Source: Pyrinomonadaceae bacterium (GTDB lineage: Bacteria > Acidobacteriota > Blastocatellia > Pyrinomonadales > Pyrinomonadaceae). Taken from it: 64,000 nt of DNA. Where the stretch lies: positions 658 through 64,657 of the forward strand of contig JAMQPI010000675.1 of the NCBI GenBank assembly GCA_023717565.1, written 5' to 3'. Under the pieces are notes generated by a model. It had not been told where the DNA came from, searched no databases, and worked only from the letters and a program-made list of their open reading frames with translations. Position numbers and translations under genes: made by a program. Below are positions 1 to 9,081 of this stretch, piece after piece; positions within the stretch are counted from its first letter, which is position 1, and each line of letters begins with the position of its first letter.

Positions 1-1
1 A

Positions 2-2038
2 GCGCCGTCATGGCAAACGGCTTCAGCATCTCCCGCGACACCTATCGTGGGAGCAATGGTGACGGTGAATGCTAGTTTCACGGATCCTGGCGCACCAGAC
101 ACTCATCGGGTGGACGTCGATTGGGGTGACGGCACAACCTCCATCAGTTTCACTCTCGGAACGGGTGTTTTTACCTTCCAATCTACTCACCAGTACGCTA
201 CAGGGGGTAGTCGCACGATCACTCTCACAAATACGGACGACGACACCGGTACCGCAACAACCACCACCAGTGTTGTAGTCACCGCGCCTACGCCGACTCC
301 AACTCCGACGCCGACTCCGACACCGAGTCCAACTCCGACACCGAGTCCAACTCCGACTGGTCCGGCGTTTTATGCAGCGCCCAACGGTTCGTCATCAGGT
401 AATGGAAGCATCAATAACCCTTGGGATTTACAGACTGCTCTGAGTCAGCCATCAAGCGTGCAGCCTGGAGCAACAATCTATCTGCGAGGTGGCACCTACA
501 CTGGCAAATTTACGAGCGACCTGACTGGAACCCAATCGGCTCCAGTCACTGTTCGTTCTTATCCAGGCGAGTGGGCTAGGATTGAAGGCTACGTGACTTC
601 CACCTTAGCCAGCAACATCTCATCCACAGCCACTTCGATCCCACTAGCCAACGCGAGTCGGTTCACTACTGGGCAAGTGCTGACCTTTCATGACCAAGCC
701 ACCGAATCTGCCGAGGAACAGATATTCATAACGGGCAGATCCGGAAATACGCTATCGGTTGTCAGACACTGGAACGGTACTCCGGGAATTGGCCACACTG
801 CTGGAGCGTTGGCCGTGCTGGGCGGTAATCAGCTAACCATTCAAGGTCAATACGCAACCTACCAAGGTTTTGAAGTGACCAATAGTGATCCGGTCAGAGC
901 TTGGGATAACGTCAACACGCAAAACAGCCCTCATCTCAGAGGCTGTGTTTTTCTAAGCGGCCCCAATAACAAGTTGATCAATCTTGTCATCCACGATAAC
1001 GACGCTGGGGTTTTCTCTGGGAGCGGCGCCGTTGACACTACAATCTACGGCATAGTCGCCTACAATAATGGCTACGTTCATTCAGGTGGTCCAGCAGGTC
1101 ACGGTCTGTATTTACAAAGCAACGAACCGACCTTCCTTGTCTCCGATTCTATTCTGTTCAATAACTTCCGCATCGGAATCAAGTGCGTCAGCCAGACAGC
1201 GAACTCAATCGGTTTTGATCTTGAGAATAATGTTGCTTTCAACAACGGGTCCGTCATCAGCAGCGGAGGCCGAGAAGCCAATATAGAAGTCGGAGCCAAT
1301 AATGGTCTAGCCGACCAAATAACCGTGAGAGGAAACTACGCTTATCACCCTCCAGGGACAGGAGGCGCCAATGTGAAGTTCGGCTACGAAGGCACTAACG
1401 GCTCCGTGATTTTTTCAAACAACTATGTCATGGGCAATGGAACACCGCTCGAGTTTCTCAGTTGGCAGACGCTTACTGGTTCCGGAAACCAAATGTATGT
1501 CAGTTCAAATGTGCCGGCCTCGTCAAGTAAGATGCTGAACAATATCCTTCCGGTGGCGGGTGGAACAATTTCCTGGAACAATAACCGCTACCACAATGTT
1601 AGCGGTTATGCTCAGCCGCTTTGCTATAACCGGAATTGCTACAACTTCGCCAATTGGAAGACTGTCTCCGGAACGGACGCAAACAGTATTTATTCGACCA
1701 GTCTTCCCGCATCAGAAGTTGTAGTTAAGCCTAACCAGTATGAAGCCGGCCGGGCAAACATTATCGTGATTAACTGGGCGGGAACATCAAGTGTCAGCGT
1801 GAATTTATCAACTATCGGGTTGGTAAACGGTCAACCTTATAAGGTAGTCAACGCTCAGAACTACCACGATTCACTTAACACACCGGTTCTCACAGGCATA
1901 TACGCCACGAGCAGTCCGACAATAACCCTCAACCTGTCTTTGGCTGCCGCTACATCCGTAGCTTTGCCGATCGGATATAGCTCTGCTCCTTCATCAACCA
2001 TGCCTCAATTTGGGGCCTTTGTGGTTGTCCCGCAGTAA
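2..2038 (+). CDS. Secreted PKD-domain / Pro-Thr linker / right-handed parallel beta-helix protein (possible glycan depolymerase or lyase); 5' end probably outside the window
   Basis: ORF 47..2038. The frame stays open back to nt 2, so the GTG at 47 is probably internal. PKD-like motif VDVDWGDGT, then a (TP/SP)n linker, then repeated beta-helix turns (INLVIHDNDAGVF, YGIVAYNNG, ILFNNFRIGIK, NNVAFNNGS). Confidence 0.75.
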   Translation, partial: APSWQTASASPATPIVGAMVTVNASFTDPGAPDTHRVDVDWGDGTTSISFTLGTGVFTFQSTHQYATGGSRTITLTNTDDDTGTATTTTSVVVTAPTPTPTPTPTPTPSPTPTPSPTPTGPAFYAAPNGSSSGNGSINNPWDLQTALSQPSSVQPGATIYLRGGTYTGKFTSDLTGTQSAPVTVRSYPGEWARIEGYVTSTLASNISSTATSIPLANASRFTTGQVLTFHDQATESAEEQIFITGRSGNTLSVVRHWNGTPGIGHTAGALAVLGGNQLTIQGQYATYQGFEVTNSDPVRAWDNVNTQNSPHLRGCVFLSGPNNKLINLVIHDNDAGVFSGSGAVDTTIYGIVAYNNGYVHSGGPAGHGLYLQSNEPTFLVSDSILFNNFRIGIKCVSQTANSIGFDLENNVAFNNGSVISSGGREANIEVGANNGLADQITVRGNYAYHPPGTGGANVKFGYEGTNGSVIFSNNYVMGNGTPLEFLSWQTLTGSGNQMYVSSNVPASSSKMLNNILPVAGGTISWNNNRYHNVSGYAQPLCYNRNCYNFANWKTVSGTDANSIYSTSLPASEVVVKPNQYEAGRANIIVINWAGTSSVSVNLSTIGLVNGQPYKVVNAQNYHDSLNTPVLTGIYATSSPTITLNLSLAAATSVALPIGYSSAPSSTMPQFGAFVVVPQ
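283..360 (+). repeat. Pro-Thr/Pro-Ser linker-coding microrepeat with a perfect 18-nt tandem duplication
   Basis: CTCCGACACCGAGTCCAA occurs at 315..332 and again at 333..350, followed by a partial third copy. The surrounding ACNCCG repeats encode TPTPTPTPTPTPSPTPTPSPTP. Confidence 0.85.
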
Positions 2039-2113
2039 GCGAGGGACGACGGTGATGTAAGCAACACGTTGTGCGTTTCTTCACCCGAAGTATCCGTCCG
2101 CCGTCCCTCGATC

Positions 2114-2150
2114 TTCGAGCTTTCGTCGCATCCGTAGACAAAAGCTCGAA
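2114..2150. terminator. Perfect 10-bp inverted repeat between the convergent genes (weak terminator candidate)
   Basis: TTCGAGCTTT (2114..2123) pairs with AAAGCTCGAA (2141..2150) around a 17-nt loop. No U-tract follows on either strand, so this is not a canonical intrinsic terminator. Confidence 0.3.
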
Positions 2151-2294
2151 TCCCAAATCAGTAAATAGAACACATTGTTATGCAGTTGGCGGTAACCTTG
2201 GTACACAGTGCGAACGGGTCTACTCAATTTACCGCTCTCACCTTCCACAGCTCCTCATGCCAATGTCTAGGACCAAGGACGATAATTCATAGGT

Positions 2295-5200
2295 TCAGGT
2301 CGCCGAAAGACTTTCAACATCGGAGTCACGCCAAGTCAGCAGCACAGATTCTTCAGCATCACCATGACTTCTATAAGGACTGGACGTCATCGCCTCTTCT
2401 TCGTAGAGTCGTTGAGCAACTCTAAGGCATGGCGCTAGCTTTTCAGCCAGTACTTTTGCATATGGATCTACTGTTACGGCACCGTGAAAGCCGGGCACTT
2501 CGTGGATCTCAAGTGAGCCCCGCGCCATTCCGTGCCAGCCAAGACTATTGTCACGTACCACACCAGGTGGCTGACTTGCCGCCCGGAACAGGGTTAGCCT
2601 GCCGCCGTAGGGTTTCGGTTTGTACGATCTCAAAGCCCGGTCAATAGCTTTGTGATTGCGCTGTACGTCTTTCGGTAGTTGGCCGCCGGTTGCTGAGTTG
2701 AACGCGATTGCTATCTCGTTCTTTTTCCACGCAAGCTTGCGCACGAGCTTCTTCTGAAGCTTTCTAGTTTTCGCAACCAGGTAGCTAAGCTTCTCGCGGG
2801 ATGTGAGCAAATCCAAAGTTCGGTGTAGAGACCGAACCCTTTGGATACACCGAGCGAACCATCTCGTGAGTGATGTGGAACCTGGCATCAATTTGGGATA
2901 GCCCGGGCCATAGGTATCGAATAAGACAAGCAAGGCAACTACCTGCCCTTGATTCTCGAGTTGTCGCGCCATCTCAAAGGCGACAAGACCACCGAAGGAA
3001 GATCCCCCAAGATGGTAAGGCCCTTCCGGTTGGAATGCGCGAATCTCATTTAGATAGTACTCAGCCATCTCTTCGACACTGTCGTGAGTGGTCTGGTTTC
3101 GGTCCACGCCTCGAGCTTGTAAACCGTAGAGTGGTTGATCCAAGCCAAGATGTTTCGCTAGATCGCGGTAGAAAAGAACATCTCCGCCAGCCGCATGCAT
3201 GCAGTAGAAGGGCGGACGAGAACCCAAGGGTTGGATAGCCACGAGTGCGGACCACGCCTTCTCTCCGGGAGCATCGCGGAGACGACTAGCCAACTGTCTT
3301 ATAGTGGAAGCGCTGAGAAGAGTAACTAACGGAAGATGTCGCCCAAAACCCCTTTCAATTTCCGAAAAGAGCCTGACAGCCTGGAATGAATCACCTCCGA
3401 GTTCGAAATAGTTGTCATCGACACCTATCGGAGAAACTCCGAGCACGCCTTCCCAGATCGTCTTCAACTGCGCTTCAACTCTGTCCTCCGGCATAACCAT
3501 AGGGCCTGCCGCTTGGCGTAAGAGAGACTTCTCTGCCAGAACAGCGTTAGCAATTTGATCAACTGTGCTTAGTTCCGCAGGAACGCGCGCGAGGAACGAG
3601 GAGATGGTCGAAGCATTCGCAGCCTGTGTGCTCTCATTTCTTTCCAGATTATCCTCAGTAAGACGTGCCTTAATTTGGGTTGAACCGTCTAACCTGATGG
3701 TTACCGCCACCGCTGCCCGAACGCGGAACAGAGTTCCGTTTTCAACGGTCTGTACTTCTTCCGCCTCAATCTGACTAATGAATTCGTATGCGGGCCGATT
3801 CTTCGCAGTCGGCAGATAATTAATTTCAACGTATTCAAGTCCGCGTTCCAGAGCGATCACGCCGAGATGGGCGATCATTCTGTGCTCGACTCCCCGACCC
3901 AAGGCTCGACAACTTAAGAGAACCGTATCGACCGCAAGAGCATTCTCCTTCGCCTGGAAGATCATAGCTCCGACCAGTCCGTAGTCCCCGAAGCGATCGT
4001 TCACGTTAACAACATGACATTCGACCAATCCGGTTTCACAAAACTGTTCTATTTCGGAATCGGTTCGGCGTACCGTCGTGAAGTTGAACTGGTTCGTCCG
4101 TTGAGTAAGTTGCGAAACACGTGGCACCTGAGCGGGAAGCAACGGAGCGATGACAATTTCCAACCCCAAACCAGCTAAGAAATCCTGAAGAGTATCCGAG
4201 TGTGCACGGATCTGCTCTCGCTCAACATTGACCTTATAAAGATTGGTCCGATCCTGATCTTCCTTAGTAAGCCGAGATTGGTCGAAAGCCCAAACATGAC
4301 CGAGAAACGAAACAATCGCATCCGGCTCCTGCGGCAGTTGAAGGGTCAGAACCTCGGGGCAATTCGCCTGCACCTCATAGCAGACTGCTGGGTCGTCGTC
4401 AATAAAGATGAAACTGTCCAGCCCCAGATTCAGCTCAGACGCTAGTGAGCGCAAATTCTCAGATTTGGGTCTCCAATTTATTCTCCATGACACGATGTGG
4501 TCGCGTCTCATAGGCATTTCCGGGCGACGATCGAATACTTCGAAGACGTCCTCCTCGTTGTTCTTGCTACATAGACAGATCAGCATCCCTGCCTTAGATT
4601 GGTTCACCATGAACTCCTGAAGGGCGAGCCGTGACGGATCAATTTCCACTCCCATCGCGCCAACTTCTCCGCATATGCCTTTCCAGAGCGTTTGATCGCA
4701 ATCCAGCGCTATCACTTTGTGTGAAACGTTGGACAAACGATAGACTCTTCGAGCGATCATCGAAGACAGCGCAACGAAGAAGGACTGCGTGTATGGAATG
4801 TGACCCAGCCTGCTTCCTTCAAGGTCATCGTAATCTGCCACGAGGTATGTAGTAAGGAGCTCATCAGGCGTAACTAAGTGCACCGATTTTACGTCTGCAA
4901 GTTCGCTGCTAATCCGCTGCTCCAGCTCTTCTAGACAATCCCGCAACTCAGGTTCTTTTAGGGCAGCGCTGGAAGGCGGACAAATAACAAGCAAGTAAGG
5001 CACTGCGGAAACCTGTGCGGCTGTTCTCAGGGCCGAAATAAACTCACCAACACCCCTCCTGACCTTCTCACAGACGTCCGAGGGAAATTCTATCTTGCTG
5101 CTCTCATTGATATCGAATTTTCCCCAGTCTTCCAGCCTCACGAGGATCACGTTAATTCCGGCAAGATTGGAGCGGCAAACACTCGTCGGGTCCAGTAGCT

Positions 5201-5375
5201 GTTGAAACACCTGATTGTAGGGCGCAAACTCGACCGCCGAGGCATTACGCATCGCTTTCAACAAAAAGCAAAGCGGGTCATTGACTGGCTCGGCAGTAAA
5301 GGTCGCCGTGATTACAATTCTTTGCATCTGCACGTTGCTCACCACTTGCGGGAGGAAATCGGGCACCATCCGCAA
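2295..5375 (-). CDS. FkbH-like HAD phosphatase/acyltransferase + GNAT-like subdomain + carrier protein (PCP/ACP) + thioesterase fusion
   Basis: FkbH-type N-terminus (VITATFTAEP). HAD motifs ALDCDQTLW, CLCSKNNEED, FIFIDDDP. GNAT-like segment NQFNFTT...LLSCRALGRGVE. Phosphopantetheine site FELGGDSFQAVRL. Thioesterase GxSxG LGGSSFGG. Start uncertain (TTG 5375 or ATG 5327). Confidence 0.8.
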   Translation of the reverse strand: MRMVPDFLPQVVSNVQMQRIVITATFTAEPVNDPLCFLLKAMRNASAVEFAPYNQVFQQLLDPTSVCRSNLAGINVILVRLEDWGKFDINESSKIEFPSDVCEKVRRGVGEFISALRTAAQVSAVPYLLVICPPSSAALKEPELRDCLEELEQRISSELADVKSVHLVTPDELLTTYLVADYDDLEGSRLGHIPYTQSFFVALSSMIARRVYRLSNVSHKVIALDCDQTLWKGICGEVGAMGVEIDPSRLALQEFMVNQSKAGMLICLCSKNNEEDVFEVFDRRPEMPMRRDHIVSWRINWRPKSENLRSLASELNLGLDSFIFIDDDPAVCYEVQANCPEVLTLQLPQEPDAIVSFLGHVWAFDQSRLTKEDQDRTNLYKVNVEREQIRAHSDTLQDFLAGLGLEIVIAPLLPAQVPRVSQLTQRTNQFNFTTVRRTDSEIEQFCETGLVECHVVNVNDRFGDYGLVGAMIFQAKENALAVDTVLLSCRALGRGVEHRMIAHLGVIALERGLEYVEINYLPTAKNRPAYEFISQIEAEEVQTVENGTLFRVRAAVAVTIRLDGSTQIKARLTEDNLERNESTQAANASTISSFLARVPAELSTVDQIANAVLAEKSLLRQAAGPMVMPEDRVEAQLKTIWEGVLGVSPIGVDDNYFELGGDSFQAVRLFSEIERGFGRHLPLVTLLSASTIRQLASRLRDAPGEKAWSALVAIQPLGSRPPFYCMHAAGGDVLFYRDLAKHLGLDQPLYGLQARGVDRNQTTHDSVEEMAEYYLNEIRAFQPEGPYHLGGSSFGGLVAFEMARQLENQGQVVALLVLFDTYGPGYPKLMPGSTSLTRWFARCIQRVRSLHRTLDLLTSREKLSYLVAKTRKLQKKLVRKLAWKKNEIAIAFNSATGGQLPKDVQRNHKAIDRALRSYKPKPYGGRLTLFRAASQPPGVVRDNSLGWHGMARGSLEIHEVPGFHGAVTVDPYAKVLAEKLAPCLRVAQRLYEEEAMTSSPYRSHGDAEESVLLTWRDSDVESLSAT

Positions 5376-5471
5376 GTCGACTGAATTTGAAACTGTTTAA
5401 AGCCGATCAAGCTTGGGAATCGGAGCGGGAATTAGCTGTGCGCTTCTGGGTTGAGCGGAACCGGATCTAGG

Positions 5472-7451
5472 TTAGTCGCCACCGGCGGCAACATGAGAAC
5501 GTTCTATGAACGACTGCGGAATCGGTGCAAATTCTTCGCTCGGAATCTCCAATTGAGCCTCAGGCAATAGATCGTTAATTGCCTTGCGCAACTCGCGGTC
5601 CCAACCCTTCTGAGCCAAGATAGATAAACGCTCTAAAGCATGCCGAACTTTCTCTTCCGGGTACGCGGCAATCCTGCCAATGAAGATTTTTGGATGCCAT
5701 GTCTTCAAGACTACCTCATCGGTTGTTTGCAACTCCTCATAGAGTTTCTCGCCGGGACGCACACCGGTGAACACAATGTTGATGTCTTCAAAAGGTCGGA
5801 GTCCAGACAGTGCAATAGTCTCCTTAGCCAAATCCAGGATGCGCACAGGCTCACCCATGTCGAGGATGAATATCTCGCCGCCTCGACCTAAAGCTCCGGC
5901 CTGTAGAACGAGTTGGGAAGCCTCGGGAATAGTCATAAAGTAACGCACCATTTCGGGATGCGTTACTGTCACCGGCCCGCCACTGCGAATCTGATCCTGA
6001 AAGATTGGAATCACAGAACCAGCTGAACCAATAACGTTGCCGAAACGCACCGCCAGAAAACGCGTCTCCGACCGGTGATCTAAGTCCTGTATTACTAACT
6101 CTGCTACTCGTTTTGAAGCGCCCATGACCGAACTCGGGCGCACGGCTTTGTCCGTTGATATCAGTACGAACGCTTCAACGCCGAACTCAGAGGCCATCTC
6201 ACCGAGCAGGCTCGTGGCCAGTACATTGTTCTTAACTGCTTCGGAAGGATTCGTTTCCATCATAGGCACGTGCTTATGTGCCGCCGCATGCAGGATCACC
6301 TGAGGAGCATAGGTTTGGAAGATAGTATGCATCCGCGGCTTGTCACCTATATCGGCCACCAGGGCAATCACCTGAACCTGCGAGTCTTGGTTTCGCATTT
6401 CATGCTCAATTGCGAAAAGACCAAACTCAGCGCGTTCAACCAACAGCAGACAACTTGGTTGGAAGCGTGCCACCTGTCTAACCAGTTCGGACCCGATCGA
6501 ACCACCAGCGCCCGTGATCATGACGATCTTGCCGGCCAGGAAATTCTTCATGCTCTCTTGATCGAGTTGAACCTGTTCGCGGCCCAACAGATCTTCGATT
6601 TGCACGTCGCGAATCCGGCTCACTTTCAAATTGCCCTGCAACAGTTCGTAGATTCCTGGAACGGTGCGCACACGAACTTTGGCTCGTTCACAGATGTCGA
6701 GGATACGGCGGAAGTCTCGCCGAGAGGCCTCAGCAAAAGAGATCACTACGTGATCGATATTCAGCTCAGACACCAGTCGCGGAATATCTTCAGCCGTACC
6801 CATCACTTTGACGCCTTGTATAACGGAGCCCTGCTTTGCCGGGTCATCGTCAATGAATCCCTTCACCTCCATATCCACGTCTCCGCGGAGTCTGATTTCC
6901 CGGGCAATCATTACGCCAGCGCGCCCGGCTCCAATAAGGAGCACCGGCTTTCTTACTAAGCTACCAAGGGACTGACCCTTTCCGTTCTGCCGCTTTGAGC
7001 CTCGCTCGTATACCGCACGACGCAACACCCGCAGACCCAATACTCCACCGAAGGCTATCACCGTATCCATGACGATAATTGACAGCGGTACTCGGGCAGG
7101 TTGCAACTGTTCGGGCAGCCAGGTGCGAAGCGCGATCATTGGTAGTGCTGACCAGAGCGCTGCAGTTAAGAATGCTTTCACCTCCGCCATTCCAACGTAG
7201 CGCCAAACGAAGGCGTATATGCCGGCAAACCAAAGCAGCATTAACTGAAGCAGTAACACGAATGGGAGTTGGTAGAGCATGTGCTGGGTCTCCCGCTCCG
7301 AGATCACAAAATCAAACCGCAGCAGATATGCCAGCATGAACGCTAGTACTAATACGACAGTGTCGAGCGTGAATTGTGCTTGACGGGTAAGCAGTTTTGC
7401 TCGCCATGATCGCGATGAATTGGATCGATTGCGGGGCGTATCGATGACCAT
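5472..7451 (-). CDS. Membrane-anchored NDP-HexNAc 4,6-dehydratase (CapD/WbpM/PglF family)
   Basis: N-terminal TM helices. Rossmann motif VMITGAGGSIGSEL. HAAAHKHVPMME and STDKAVRPSSVMGASKRVAE (Met in place of the catalytic Tyr, as in this family). Confidence 0.9.
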   Translation of the reverse strand: MVIDTPRNRSNSSRSWRAKLLTRQAQFTLDTVVLVLAFMLAYLLRFDFVISERETQHMLYQLPFVLLLQLMLLWFAGIYAFVWRYVGMAEVKAFLTAALWSALPMIALRTWLPEQLQPARVPLSIIVMDTVIAFGGVLGLRVLRRAVYERGSKRQNGKGQSLGSLVRKPVLLIGAGRAGVMIAREIRLRGDVDMEVKGFIDDDPAKQGSVIQGVKVMGTAEDIPRLVSELNIDHVVISFAEASRRDFRRILDICERAKVRVRTVPGIYELLQGNLKVSRIRDVQIEDLLGREQVQLDQESMKNFLAGKIVMITGAGGSIGSELVRQVARFQPSCLLLVERAEFGLFAIEHEMRNQDSQVQVIALVADIGDKPRMHTIFQTYAPQVILHAAAHKHVPMMETNPSEAVKNNVLATSLLGEMASEFGVEAFVLISTDKAVRPSSVMGASKRVAELVIQDLDHRSETRFLAVRFGNVIGSAGSVIPIFQDQIRSGGPVTVTHPEMVRYFMTIPEASQLVLQAGALGRGGEIFILDMGEPVRILDLAKETIALSGLRPFEDINIVFTGVRPGEKLYEELQTTDEVVLKTWHPKIFIGRIAAYPEEKVRHALERLSILAQKGWDRELRKAINDLLPEAQLEIPSEEFAPIPQSFIERSHVAAGGD

Positions 7452-7743
7452 AAGTTGATAGCACTGGCCGTCAGGCTCATTTGCCCTCAGACACCAGTGC
7501 GTCCTCCTGGGAGTAAATTAGAAGTCTGGGTTGTAGTGGGATGCTCCGGATTAACCGTTGGAAAACGAGACGGCGATTCATTCGAGCGGGCGATCAGACA
7601 AAAGCATGACTTCCGCACCGGTTGAGATAACTCAAGCTATTGTGAGGATTCTTGTCTACCTAAGAATTGTGAGTAACAAATCGGCTGAGGGTTGCCACAC
7701 TCGACCTGCAACCTTGGGCCCTTCGGACACGAATGTCGGCAAT

Positions 7744-9081
7744 TCATGCAGTTCCCCCGTCCCGTGTCGTCGAGTCACCTAGATCCCGTCCCCGCGCCCG
7801 CTTTTGAAGTTCCGGAAGGCCGAACTTTCTGATTAACCTGAAGGGCCGGAGGAAATAGTAGAGAAAAGGGAGTGCGGAAGGCACCTGCAACATGGCGTGA
7901 TCGCGCTCATTGGGAACCACCGCAAGGCGCAGATAGCGGCGAAGATAATGCAGGCGCAACCGCACCCGGTCTGATACGCGCTCGCGCATGCGCAAATGAA
8001 TGTCCTGCCAGTAGGAGATTCCCTTGTGGGTTTCATTGTTTATGAAGAGAGATTCTTGCAGTCGCGTAGCCAGTGATTCCGTGGTTGGCTCAACCTGAAT
8101 TGTGCGCCATACCTCTGGCGACAACTCCAAACCCAACAGGTCTCTGGCCATTATCAACCCGAGGGCGAGTGTTCGTCGGCTGCCAAGGTTGCTCGCCTCC
8201 TCGACGATCGCTGGCCAGTCCATCGCAGGATGCGCACGTATCAACTCAACCACATCACAAATCCACAAGAGTCGCTCCCAGCCATGCCTGGAGCCATGCA
8301 TGCAGAGATACAGCAACAATTCCTCTGGCCCCAGCGTTCGCACGACCGAACCAGCTATGGAGACACTTTCGAGGCGCTTCCACATGGAGTTCTGTTCCAA
8401 GGGAAAATCAAAATGCTTACCGGTAAAACGCCAGTGAAGCTCTACCCGCACCCGACCATTAGCGCTGTCAAAGATCAAATCCTTATTGCGAGGCGAAAAG
8501 CGCAGTTCGCTCAGGGATGGACCAGGAGCGCTTATCAGTCGGTAGCCCTGGCCAGTCAATAGACCCTGGGTCCGCAACACATCCTGTGGTCGAACGAGAA
8601 TGTCCAGGTCACCAAAATCTCGGAGGCCCAGGTTGCCGTACGCCAGTGCAGCGAGAACGGGACCTTTAAATGGAAGTGCGTGAATGCCGCTTGCCTCGAA
8701 CAGGCGAAGAAGCTTGATGAGTTCTGCGGTGCGATACAGATTGTAATGAGCGTTAGTACTCGTGTAAGCACGCAGCACCTTCAAAACTTCCGCAGGTACC
8801 AGCGTCGGACAGACTTCATTCAGGTTTTGGCAGAGGAGCGGCGTCACCCGATGCCGCTCCGCTCGTTCAATGACGTAACTCCAGTCAATGCTGCCGCGCA
8901 GAAGAGTTCGAATGCGCTCCGCAGTGGCCTCGTCAATGACCTTGCGAGCGCAGGCGAGAAGGAGCTGCACTTCAGCCGGGTTATTTTCTCGGCCGGTGAG
9001 TGCCGCTGCTGCTGGTTCAACTACAGGCATTTCTTCGCCGCGACGGTAGGCAGAGTCGTCTATCTTAAGCTGCGTTGACAT
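7744..9081 (-). CDS. Nucleotidyltransferase-fold protein (PF14907-like), lasso-peptide tailoring candidate
   Basis: Motif ALPFKGPVLAALAYGNLGLRDFGDLDILV. 17-nt overlap with the upstream ABC exporter gene. Last gene of the lasso module. Confidence 0.75.
   Translation of the reverse strand: MSTQLKIDDSAYRRGEEMPVVEPAAAALTGRENNPAEVQLLLACARKVIDEATAERIRTLLRGSIDWSYVIERAERHRVTPLLCQNLNEVCPTLVPAEVLKVLRAYTSTNAHYNLYRTAELIKLLRLFEASGIHALPFKGPVLAALAYGNLGLRDFGDLDILVRPQDVLRTQGLLTGQGYRLISAPGPSLSELRFSPRNKDLIFDSANGRVRVELHWRFTGKHFDFPLEQNSMWKRLESVSIAGSVVRTLGPEELLLYLCMHGSRHGWERLLWICDVVELIRAHPAMDWPAIVEEASNLGSRRTLALGLIMARDLLGLELSPEVWRTIQVEPTTESLATRLQESLFINNETHKGISYWQDIHLRMRERVSDRVRLRLHYLRRYLRLAVVPNERDHAMLQVPSALPFLYYFLRPFRLIRKFGLPELQKRARGRDLGDSTTRDGGTA

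Noticed and set aside
2040-2110. Inverted repeat CGAGGGACG / CGTCCCTCG just after the stop of the beta-helix gene, considered as a terminator.
   Set aside because: The loop would be about 53 nt and no U-tract follows. It is too weak to call as an intrinsic terminator.
2141-2160. tRNA T-arm-like string AGCTCGAATCCC in the convergent intergenic region.
   Set aside because: No complementary T-stem, acceptor stem or anticodon arm can be drawn around it. It is the right arm of the 10-bp inverted repeat instead.
6270-6959. Long plus-strand ORFs antisense to well-supported minus-strand genes. Examples are 6270..6959 (229 aa), 16572..17132, 37167..37889 (240 aa), 54310..54807 and 54982..55785 (267 aa).
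   Set aside because: Each lies wholly inside a minus-strand gene with clear family motifs. Their translations are Arg/Ser/Pro-rich and low in complexity, with no recognisable motifs, which is typical of antisense frames in GC-rich coding DNA.
7630-7675. Direct repeat ATTGTGAG (7638 and 7665) with a small ATTCTT/AAGAAT hairpin in the 292-nt gap upstream of the capD-like gene.
   Set aside because: Two 8-mers and a 6-bp stem are within chance expectation for a gap of this size, and there is no recognisable -35/-10 context. It is noted only as a place to look for a promoter.
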